Of a stretch of DNA of 11,008 nt, positions 1 to 7,039 are shown one piece after another. The first letter of the stretch is position 1. The number at the start of each line of letters is the position of its first letter. Position numbers and translations under genes: made by a program. The notes under the pieces were generated by a model. It was not told the DNA's origin. It saw only the letters and a list, made by a program, of their open reading frames with translations, and searched no databases. This DNA comes from Coleofasciculus chthonoplastes F2-STO-03 (GTDB lineage Bacteria > Cyanobacteriota > Cyanobacteriia > Cyanobacteriales > Coleofasciculaceae), in assembly GCA_040222015.1 (NCBI GenBank), contig JAVJWO010000209.1, positions 1 to 11,008 on the forward strand, read 5' to 3'.

Positions 1-136
1 AATGACAAATGACAAATGACAAATGACAAATGACAAATGACAAATGACAAATGACAAATGACAAATGACAAATGACAAATGACAAATGACAAATGACAAA
101 TGACAAATGACAAATGACAAATGACAAATGACAAAT
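1..136 (+). repeat. Cyanobacterial heptamer short tandem repeat (STRR-type), (AATGACA)x19, running off the left edge
   Basis: Perfect 7-nt period from 1 to 133 plus a partial unit AAT (134-136). The last full unit contains the ATG at 128. Confidence 0.97.
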
Positions 137-3100
137 TTAACTCGTTTCACTCGATATTATAAAGTGGGTGGGGGTTTAAAGTATAACCATCCTACCTACG
201 TCCAGCGAGCGGCTGATGACCAATTGTATGAAGCGCTGCTAGCGGGAAACTTTTGCTATGTGTTTAACACCAGACAGATGGGGAAATCCAGTTTGCGGTT
301 GCGAACACTTCATCGTCTTAAAGCTAGGGGGTTTCATGGTGCTTCGATTGATTTAACTAATCTGGGTAGTGAGACGATTACGCCTAGTCAGTGGTATCGG
401 GGACTCTTGTATGAGTTAGTGGATAAGTTTCCCCAAATCCAAGGGTTTAATCTGAAAACTTGGTGGGATGATTATCAGGGTTTATCCCTAATTCAACTAT
501 TCAGTCGATTTATTGATACGGTTTTATTGGCTCACATTCCCCAAGGAAATATTGTTATTTGTATTGATGAAATTGATACAGTTTTGGGTTTGAATTTTCC
601 CACGGATGATTTCTTTGCTTTAATTCGATATTTCTATAATCAACGGTCAGAGATTCCTCGGTATCAGCGGCTCACGTTTGCTTTGTTTGGGGTGGCGACG
701 CCTTCGGATTTAATTGCGGATAAAAAACGCACGCCGTTTAATATTGGTCAAGCTATCGATTTGCGCGGGTTTCAGCTATCCGAGGTGGAACCGTTAGCTG
801 AAGGCTTGAACCCAAAAGCTAAACACCCCATGGTGGTACTACAACGGATTTTAGACTGGACAGGAGGACAACCGTTTCTCACCCAAAAACTCTGTCAGTT
901 GGTTGTTAAATCTCCTAACATTATTGAGGGGGGTGAAGAAGCAGAAATTATCGATAAATTAGTGTTAGGACGCCTCCTCTCAGATTGGGAATCGAATGAT
1001 GAACCGGAACATCTCCGCACGATTCGCGATCGCGTCCTGGTCAACCCCCAATTAATTAACCTACTTTTGGGGATTTACCAGCAATTACTTCAAGGTATTT
1101 CTATTCCCAGTGATGACAGTCGAGAACAGATTGAATTGTTGCTTTCGGGGTTGGTGGTTAAGCAACAAGCCTATTTACGGATTAATAATGCTATTTATCA
1201 AGCTGTCTTTAATCTCAACTGGGTACAAGCACAACTGAGTCAATTACGTCCCTACTCTCAAGCAATTGAGGCGTGGATAGCTAGCCATCAACAGGATACT
1301 TCCCGACTGTTGCGGGGACAAGCGCTACAAGATGCCCTGCTGTGGTCTCAGGGCAAGCGTTTAAGTGATGTAGATTATCAATTTTTGGCAGCGAGTCAAG
1401 ATGCAGAACGCCAAGAGATTGAACGAGTCTTACAGGTACAAAAAGAACGAGAACAATATTTTAGAACGATCGCCGATGCTATACCACAAATCGTGTGGAT
1501 TATTGAAGCCGATGGGAAATTATCCTATATTAATCAGCGTGGATTGGATTATTTAAACTGTACCTTAAAGCAAGCAATAAGCCAAGAACGATTTGTCTTT
1601 TGCCATCCAGAGGATATAGCGCGATCGCAAGCCGCTTGGCAACACTGTTTTCAAACCGGAGAACCCTATCAGATCGAACTTCGCCTCAGAGATGGTCAAG
1701 GGAACTACCGTTGGTTTTTGCAACGGGCAACTCCGCTGCGGAGTCCCGATGGGGAAGTTTTAAAATGGTTTGGCAGCAGTACCGACTTAGATGAAATTAA
1801 GCGCATTGAAGAGGCAAAACGACTCAAAGAAGTGGAAGCGCGACTGGTGCAAGAACATAAAACCACCCAACTGCAACGGAGTTTATTAGCCACGGTGACT
1901 GTGGCGTTTGTGGTAGCCAGTGGGTTGGGATTGTTCACCCGGTTTCAGAAGCGTCAACTCGCGGTGAGGGAGGTGGAAGCGTTGACAATTTCTGCTCAAG
2001 CCTTGTTTGCCTCAGATAATCACTTAGAGGCATTATTTACGGCAATTAAAGCATGGCGGCGATCGCAAAATCTAGCAGTTGTGACTCCTTCTTTACAGGC
2101 TCAAACTGAGCAAATCCTGCGCCGCAGTGTCTTTCAAGCCGACGAATCTAATCAACTGTTAGCCCATAAAAATGCTGTCCAAACCGTTGCCATCAGTCCT
2201 GATGGTCAACTTATTGCCACTGGGGGTCAAGATAAAATGATTAAACTTTGGCGTCGAGATGGTAAGCTTCTAAGAAGTTGGAGGGGACATGAGGATATTG
2301 TCACTGCTGTTGAGTTTACTCCTGATGGTCAACAACTCGTTTCAGCCAGTTGGGATCAGACGATTAAGCTGTGGAATTTAGAGGGTACAGTATTACGGAC
2401 AATCCAGGGACATCAGGATTTAATCCGGTCGGTTGCTATTAGTCCAGAGGGTCAACATATTGCCTCAGGGAGTGAAGATGGCACCGTCAAGCTGTGGCGG
2501 TTGGATGGTACACTGCTAAACACCTTCATCGGGCATGAGGATGCAGTATGGTCAGTGACGTTTAGCCCCGATGGGCAGATGTTGGCGTCTAGCGGTTTCG
2601 ATAATACAATCAAGCTGTGGAGTTTGGACGGTAATCTACTCAAAACCCTGAAAATTACTAATCAGGCAGATCAGTCCTCGAAATTCGATCGCATTGTCAG
2701 TCTTGTTTTCAGTCCAGATGGTCAACGGTTAGCTGCCGGAACCTGGTATAACAGGATTCAGATTTGGCAGCGTGACGGGACATTGGTACAAACTCTCACA
2801 GGACATGAGGGTACCGTGATCAGTTTAGCCTTTAGTTCCGATGGGCAAACTCTCGCCTCCGCCAGTTGGGATGACACAATCAAACTCTGGTCAGCAGAGG
2901 GCATTCTGCTGCAAACCATTCAGGCAAATCAAGAAGGAATTTGGCAGATTACTTTTAGTCCCGATGGTCAAACCTTGATGTCATCCGGGGTCAATGGAAC
3001 CATGCGCCTGTGGCGGTTCAACCCGCCTAGTTTAACCCGACTCAGAGGTCACTCTAGGTCAGTTTGGGGCATTGATTTCTTCCCCGACACTCAGAAATTA

Positions 3101-4012
3101 GTGTCCGCTAGTACCGATGCGACACTCAAGTTTTGGCAACCTGATGGCACACCCATTAAAACTCTGAAGGGAGATTTGAATCAACTGTGGGGGATTGATA
3201 TCAGTCCGGATGGTTCCTTGATTGCCTCAGCCGGAGAGGATACAACGGTTAGACTATGGCAGGCAGAGGGTTCACCTCTGAGAACCCTGAAGGGACATCA
3301 AGATACTGTGTTTGAGGTGACGTTCAGCCCGGATGGTGAGTTGATTGCTTCAGCCAGTTGGGACAAGACGATTAAAGTCTGGCGGATTGATGGCACATTA
3401 TTAACCACCTTGCTGGGACATGAGCATGAAGTTAACACAGTTGCTTTTAGTCCCGATGGTCAACTCCTCGCCTCTGGCAGTTCCGATGCAACCGTTAAAC
3501 TTTGGCAACGAGATAGTTCTGGAGGATTTGCTTCTCAACCAATACAAACATTGACGGAACATGATGATCAAGTCTGGGATATCGCCTTCAGTCCCGATGG
3601 TCAGCAGTTTGCCTCAGCCAGTGCCGATCGCACAATTAAACTATGGACAATAGACGGGCAGTTACTTAAAACCTTAGCAGGACATCGCGATCGCGTCCAA
3701 AGTGTTACCTATAGCCCCGATGGTCAATTTCTCGCTTCAGCCAGTTGGGATCACACGGTTAAACTGTGGCGCAGTGATGGCACATTCATCACCACATTAC
3801 CCGGTCATCCGGATCGTGTCTTTGATGTTGCTTTTAGTCCCGATGGTCAGATTCTCGCCTCTGCCAGTTTAGATCATACGGTGATTCTCTGGAAATTGGA
3901 TCAGGTGGTGGATGTCAACCCTGTTCTCCAACAGGGTTGTGACTGGATACGGGATTATATCAAGACCAGTCCGGAAGTTGAAGAACGCGATCGCTACTTG
4001 TGCGATAATTGA
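128..4012 (+). CDS. AAA-like (AAA_35-type) P-loop NTPase - PAS/PAC - transmembrane helix - 14x WD40 repeat protein, 1294 aa
   Basis: N-terminus YYKVGG..PTYVQRAAD..L, Walker A variant NTRQMGKSS, Walker B IVICIDEID and WTGGQPFLTQKLC motif. PAS/PAC at about 1448-1795 (FRTIADAIPQIVW...HPED...YRWFLQRATP...WFGSSTD). Hydrophobic helix at about 1880-1936. Fourteen GH...FSPDG...WD/LW repeats at about 2150-3900 (two 7-bladed propellers). Confidence 0.93.
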   Translation: MTNLTRFTRYYKVGGGLKYNHPTYVQRAADDQLYEALLAGNFCYVFNTRQMGKSSLRLRTLHRLKARGFHGASIDLTNLGSETITPSQWYRGLLYELVDKFPQIQGFNLKTWWDDYQGLSLIQLFSRFIDTVLLAHIPQGNIVICIDEIDTVLGLNFPTDDFFALIRYFYNQRSEIPRYQRLTFALFGVATPSDLIADKKRTPFNIGQAIDLRGFQLSEVEPLAEGLNPKAKHPMVVLQRILDWTGGQPFLTQKLCQLVVKSPNIIEGGEEAEIIDKLVLGRLLSDWESNDEPEHLRTIRDRVLVNPQLINLLLGIYQQLLQGISIPSDDSREQIELLLSGLVVKQQAYLRINNAIYQAVFNLNWVQAQLSQLRPYSQAIEAWIASHQQDTSRLLRGQALQDALLWSQGKRLSDVDYQFLAASQDAERQEIERVLQVQKEREQYFRTIADAIPQIVWIIEADGKLSYINQRGLDYLNCTLKQAISQERFVFCHPEDIARSQAAWQHCFQTGEPYQIELRLRDGQGNYRWFLQRATPLRSPDGEVLKWFGSSTDLDEIKRIEEAKRLKEVEARLVQEHKTTQLQRSLLATVTVAFVVASGLGLFTRFQKRQLAVREVEALTISAQALFASDNHLEALFTAIKAWRRSQNLAVVTPSLQAQTEQILRRSVFQADESNQLLAHKNAVQTVAISPDGQLIATGGQDKMIKLWRRDGKLLRSWRGHEDIVTAVEFTPDGQQLVSASWDQTIKLWNLEGTVLRTIQGHQDLIRSVAISPEGQHIASGSEDGTVKLWRLDGTLLNTFIGHEDAVWSVTFSPDGQMLASSGFDNTIKLWSLDGNLLKTLKITNQADQSSKFDRIVSLVFSPDGQRLAAGTWYNRIQIWQRDGTLVQTLTGHEGTVISLAFSSDGQTLASASWDDTIKLWSAEGILLQTIQANQEGIWQITFSPDGQTLMSSGVNGTMRLWRFNPPSLTRLRGHSRSVWGIDFFPDTQKLVSASTDATLKFWQPDGTPIKTLKGDLNQLWGIDISPDGSLIASAGEDTTVRLWQAEGSPLRTLKGHQDTVFEVTFSPDGELIASASWDKTIKVWRIDGTLLTTLLGHEHEVNTVAFSPDGQLLASGSSDATVKLWQRDSSGGFASQPIQTLTEHDDQVWDIAFSPDGQQFASASADRTIKLWTIDGQLLKTLAGHRDRVQSVTYSPDGQFLASASWDHTVKLWRSDGTFITTLPGHPDRVFDVAFSPDGQILASASLDHTVILWKLDQVVDVNPVLQQGCDWIRDYIKTSPEVEERDRYLCDN

Positions 4013-4021
4013 TTGTTGACC

Positions 4022-4150
4022 AATGGGTGTAGGGGCGACCCGCTGGTATTAATGAACAACTCTCTTCCACTCAATTGAATCGGGTCGCCCTGTTTTAGCG
4101 TGAAAATTAGATGGAATCCGTTTATTTTACGAATGGTTGTAGGGGCGACC
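4022..4150. repeat. GTAG-type REP-like palindromic element with a truncated second copy
   Basis: GTAGGGGCGACCCG at 4029-4042. Its GGGCGACCCG (4033-4042) is the reverse complement of CGGGTCGCCC (4081-4090). A 19-nt direct repeat AATGG(G/T)TGTAGGGGCGACC occurs at 4022-4040 and 4132-4150 (1 mismatch). Confidence 0.75.
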
Positions 4151-4397
4151 TTTGATTGGCTTCCAACAACTTACCCTCAGGAGTGAGAAGCCCCATAAAC
4201 TGGAAGGTTTGGTTAAAAATCGCCCGAAACCGCTGTTCGCGATCGCGTAATATTGCTTCAGTCTGTTGGCGTTGCTGAATTTCTTGGGTTAATTGCTGGT
4301 TGATCTGGGCTAACTGCGCTGGAGAGGGAAGGGGAATATCTTGTCTCTGGCGCAGGAAAATAATCAACAGCAGGGGAATTGAGTAATAGGCTACTCC
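4151..4397 (-). pseudogene. Remnant of an ethylene-receptor-type (ETR1-like membrane domain) coiled-coil/PAS sensor gene, probably a histidine kinase
   Basis: The frame reads GVAYYSIPLLLIIFLRQRQDIP|LPSPAQLAQINQQLTQEIQQRQQTEAILRDREQRFRAIFNQTFQFMGLLTPEGKLLEANQ. AYYSIP matches helix 1 of the ethylene-binding domain (ETR1 AYFSIP). LPSPAQL normally follows helix 3. The PAS start ends abruptly at the REP copy. An in-frame TAA lies 4 codons upstream of the Gly codon. Confidence 0.8.
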
Positions 4398-4477
4398 CCT
4401 AAAGCGTTATTGTGTAAGAAGTCACGGCAAGCCGACCCTATCTCTGGTAACACTAAACTTTAAGATTAACGTTAACT

Positions 4478-5929
4478 ATGTTTGATGCTCTCGCCGAACG
4501 CTTAGAAGACGCTTGGAAGAAACTACGCGGTCAAGACAAGATATCTCAAACCAATATTCAAGACGCCCTGAAAGAGGTGCGTCGGGCTTTGCTGTCGGCA
4601 GATGTGAACCTGCAAGTTGTCAAAAAATTTGTTGCTGACGTGGAAAGCAATGCCATGGGCGCTGATGTTATCGCTGGCGTCCGCCCTGACCAACAGTTTA
4701 TTAAGATTGTCTACGATGAACTGGTGCAGGTGATGGGGGAAAGTAATGTTCCCTTGGCTAAGGCAGAGACATCACCAACTATTGTGCTGATGGCAGGGTT
4801 GCAGGGAACCGGTAAAACCACGGCAACGGCTAAGTTAGCTTTACACTTGGGCAAGGAAAACCGCAGTTGTCTGATGGTGGCGACAGACGTTTATCGCCCT
4901 GCAGCAATTGACCAGTTGGTGACATTGGGTGAACAGATTAATATCCCTGTCTTTGAAATGGGGACAGATACCAACCCCGTAGAGATTGCCCGTCAGGGGG
5001 TTGCCCGTGCCAAGGAAACGGGTGTCGATACCGTGATTATCGATACGGCGGGACGATTACAAATCGACGCCGAGATGATGGCGGAACTTGCCAAGATTAA
5101 GGACAATGTTAAACCTCATGAGGTTCTGCTGGTTGTTGACGCAATGACGGGTCAAGAGGCGGCAACCCTAACCCATACGTTTAATCAACAAATTGGGATT
5201 ACAGGGGCAATTCTGACCAAGCTGGATGGCGATACCAGAGGGGGTGCAGCCTTGTCTGTGCGCCAGGTATCGGGTCAGCCGATTAAATTTGTCGGTGTGG
5301 GTGAAAAGGTAGAAGCACTACAGCCATTTTACCCCGATCGCATGGCATCGAGAATTCTGGGCATGGGTGATGTGCTGACGCTGGTGGAAAAAGCCCAAGA
5401 AGAAATTGACATGGCTGACGCCGCCCAGATGCAGGAGAAAATGCTCAATGCTCAGTTTGACTTCAGCGATTTCTTGAAGCAAATGCGGCTGTTGAAAAAC
5501 ATGGGTTCCCTGGGTGGGTTGATGAAGCTGATGCCGGGAATGGGTAAGCTGAGTTCGGATCAACTGGAAAAAGGGGAAGGCAAGCTCAAGCAAACGGAAG
5601 CGATGATTAATTCGATGACGGCTGAGGAACGCCGTAATCCGGATTTGCTGGCTGGTTCTCCCAGTCGCCGCCGCCGCATCGCCCGAGGTTCAGGGCATAG
5701 TGAGCGTGAGGTGAGCAGTCTAATTAGTGAGTTTACCAAGATGCGATCGCTGATGAAGCAGATGGGTCAAGGTCAAATGGGCGGACTTCCCGGAATGGGC
5801 GGAATGGGTGGTATGGGTGATATGTTTGGTGGCGGGATGGGCAATCGTGCCTCACAAGGTTGGCGCGGTAACGGTCCGACGAAGAAGAAGAAAAAGGCGA
5901 AGAAGAAGAAGGGGTTTGGTCAGCTTTGA
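4478..5929 (+). CDS. ffh: Signal recognition particle protein Ffh (SRP54)
   Basis: MFDALAERL N-domain, GLQGTGKTT, DTAGR, TKLDGDTRGG and RILGMGD motifs, Met-rich M domain with SRRRRIARGSG, and a cyanobacterial KKKKGFGQL tail. Confidence 0.99.
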   Translation: MFDALAERLEDAWKKLRGQDKISQTNIQDALKEVRRALLSADVNLQVVKKFVADVESNAMGADVIAGVRPDQQFIKIVYDELVQVMGESNVPLAKAETSPTIVLMAGLQGTGKTTATAKLALHLGKENRSCLMVATDVYRPAAIDQLVTLGEQINIPVFEMGTDTNPVEIARQGVARAKETGVDTVIIDTAGRLQIDAEMMAELAKIKDNVKPHEVLLVVDAMTGQEAATLTHTFNQQIGITGAILTKLDGDTRGGAALSVRQVSGQPIKFVGVGEKVEALQPFYPDRMASRILGMGDVLTLVEKAQEEIDMADAAQMQEKMLNAQFDFSDFLKQMRLLKNMGSLGGLMKLMPGMGKLSSDQLEKGEGKLKQTEAMINSMTAEERRNPDLLAGSPSRRRRIARGSGHSEREVSSLISEFTKMRSLMKQMGQGQMGGLPGMGGMGGMGDMFGGGMGNRASQGWRGNGPTKKKKKAKKKKGFGQL

Positions 5930-5930
5930 G

Positions 5931-5997
5931 GAAGATGGGGGAGCTGGGGGAGCAGAGGGAGCAGAGGGAGCAGAGGGAGCAGAGGGAGCTGGGGAAG
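5931..5997 (+). repeat. G-rich 9-mer tandem repeat (GGAGCAGAG/GGAGCTGGG), about 7 units
   Basis: Four perfect GGAGCAGAG units (5949-5984) flanked by GGAGCTGGG (5940-5948, 5985-5993) and a degenerate GAAGATGGG, immediately after the ffh stop. Confidence 0.9.
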
Positions 5998-6007
5998 TCA
6001 ACATAAG

Positions 6008-6049
6008 GACCAATGACCAATGACGAATGACGAATGACCAATGACGAAT
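6008..6049 (+). repeat. Heptamer STRR (GAC[C/G]AAT)x6
   Basis: Six consecutive units: GACCAAT, GACCAAT, GACGAAT, GACGAAT, GACCAAT, GACGAAT. Same family as the tract at 1-136. Confidence 0.92.
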
Positions 6050-6110
6050 CCCCATTTCCCCTAAATTCTTAATTATCGCGTAAAATCAAACAGGTGAGTT
6101 ATTGGAAACT

Positions 6111-6359
6111 ATGGTCAAAATTCGATTAAAACGATTCGGCAAAAAGCGTGAAGTGAGTTATCGCATTGTGGCGATTGAGAGTAGTGTCCGTCGGGATGGG
6201 CGTCCTTTAGAGGAGTTGGGTTTCTACAATCCCAGAACCGATCAAACGACTCTGAATGCCCCCGCTATTGCCAAGTGGCTGAAAAACGGAGCGCAGCCCA
6301 CAGATACCGTTCGCAGCATTCTCAAGAAAGCCAATGTCCTTGAACAAGCCAGTGTCTGA
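6111..6359 (+). CDS. rpsP: 30S ribosomal protein S16
   Basis: [21 protein letters not shown]...[14 protein letters not shown]...[12 protein letters not shown]. The ATG at 6111 matches the conserved N-terminus and is preferred over the TTG at 6102. Confidence 0.99.
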   Translation: MVKIRLKRFGKKREVSYRIVAIESSVRRDGRPLEELGFYNPRTDQTTLNAPAIAKWLKNGAQPTDTVRSILKKANVLEQASV

Positions 6360-6732
6360 ACCTGGGCGGAAAACCAGCCCGGATTATGGGAGTCTGGTGC
6401 GATTTTTAGTTGAGCCGTTTTTAGAGTCGTCCACGTCGCTGAGTTTAGACTGTGAACACGCCCATGCTAATAATCGCGTCTGGATTCGGCTGGCGTTTGA
6501 CGGAGAAGACAAGGGGCGAGTGTTTGGTCGAGGCGGTCGTAATATTCAGGCAATTCGCACCGTTATCCAAGGGGTGGCGAAGATTGCCGGTGAATCGGTC
6601 TATTTGGATATCTATGATGAGTCGGGTGGCACATCCCGCCGTGAGACCCCTTCCGGGAGTAGATCCCAGGGGAGGAAAGGTTCGCCTCGACGCTTACCCT
6701 TGCCTAAACCTAACTCTAAGCCTCGTTTTTGA
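6334..6732 (+). CDS. khpA: KH-domain RNA-binding protein (KhpA/YlqC family)
   Basis: [19 protein letters not shown]xxG KH motif, canonical position after rpsP (26-nt overlap) and a basic disordered C-tail. The start could instead be the GTG at 6352. Confidence 0.9.
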   Translation: MSLNKPVSEPGRKTSPDYGSLVRFLVEPFLESSTSLSLDCEHAHANNRVWIRLAFDGEDKGRVFGRGGRNIQAIRTVIQGVAKIAGESVYLDIYDESGGTSRRETPSGSRSQGRKGSPRRLPLPKPNSKPRF

Positions 6733-6766
6733 TTTGTCATTGGTAATTTGTCATTTGTCCTTTGTT
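6732..6766 (-). repeat. Degenerate heptamer STRR (ATTTGTC)x~5, inverted relative to the other GACAAAT-type tracts
   Basis: ATTTGTC, ATTGGTA, ATTTGTC, ATTTGTC, CTTTGTT directly at the khpA stop. Confidence 0.8.
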
Positions 6767-6854
6767 TTCTCTGCCTGCTAATAGTTGCAAGACTTACGCA
6801 GCCACACCCGATATACTGGTTAAGGTGCGTTACGCAAGCGCTTTCACACCCTAC

Positions 6855-6983
6855 TGGTGTGACCCACCTAAAATGGTGAGATAGATTGGGTTCGTAGTGA
6901 GGGCTTTAGCCCTCTCCAGCTAGGCGGAGAGAGAACTAAAGTTCTCACTACAAACAAAGTCCTATTTTAGTTGGGTCACGCCA
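6855..6983. mobile_element. Putative MITE (129 bp) with 20-bp terminal inverted repeats
   Basis: TGGTGTGACCCACCTAAAAT (6855-6874) matches the reverse complement of 6964-6983, TGGCGTGACCCAACTAAAAT, at 18/20. CTAC directly flanks both ends (6851-6854, 6984-6987). No coding capacity. Confidence 0.7.
6890..6955. repeat. Inverted pair of GTAG-REP hairpins (REPIN-like) inside the MITE
   Basis: GTAGTGAGGGCTTTAGCCCTCT (6894-6915, +) and GTAGTGAGAACTTTAGTTCTCT (6930-6951, -). Each is a perfect 7-bp stem hairpin. Confidence 0.82.
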
Positions 6984-6998
6984 CTACCACCCTACTCG

Positions 6999-7033
6999 CT
7001 GATAACTGCTCACTGATAACTGATAACTGATGA
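6999..7033 (+). repeat. Heptamer STRR (CTGATAA)x5
   Basis: CTGATAA, CTGCTCA, CTGATAA, CTGATAA, CTGATGA, ending 6 nt before the phoH start. Confidence 0.85.
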
Positions 7034-7039
7034 TCAACC

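Noticed and set aside
4400..4477. ffh promoter (-10-like TAAACT/TAAGAT)
   Set aside because: There are several weak AT-rich candidates and no convincing -35, so it cannot be assigned without TSS data.
1600..5593. Short ORFs 1600-1794, 1705-1938, 2452-2643 and 5318-5593
   Set aside because: They are shadow or antisense frames inside well-supported genes.
5733..6055. Short ORFs 5733-6041(-), 5808-6023(+) and 5852-6055(-)
   Set aside because: They are translations of the ffh 3' end and the 9-mer/7-mer repeats (SLCSLC, GAEGAE, SAPSAP, IRHWS), typical repeat artefacts.
6452..6781. 109-aa ORF overlapping khpA
   Set aside because: It is an alternative frame of khpA ending in STRR-derived sequence, with no recognisable motif.
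6788..6800. CAAGACTTACGCA resembling a cyanobacterial IS/MITE end
   Set aside because: No matching inverted partner was found in the window, and the resemblance rests on recall only.
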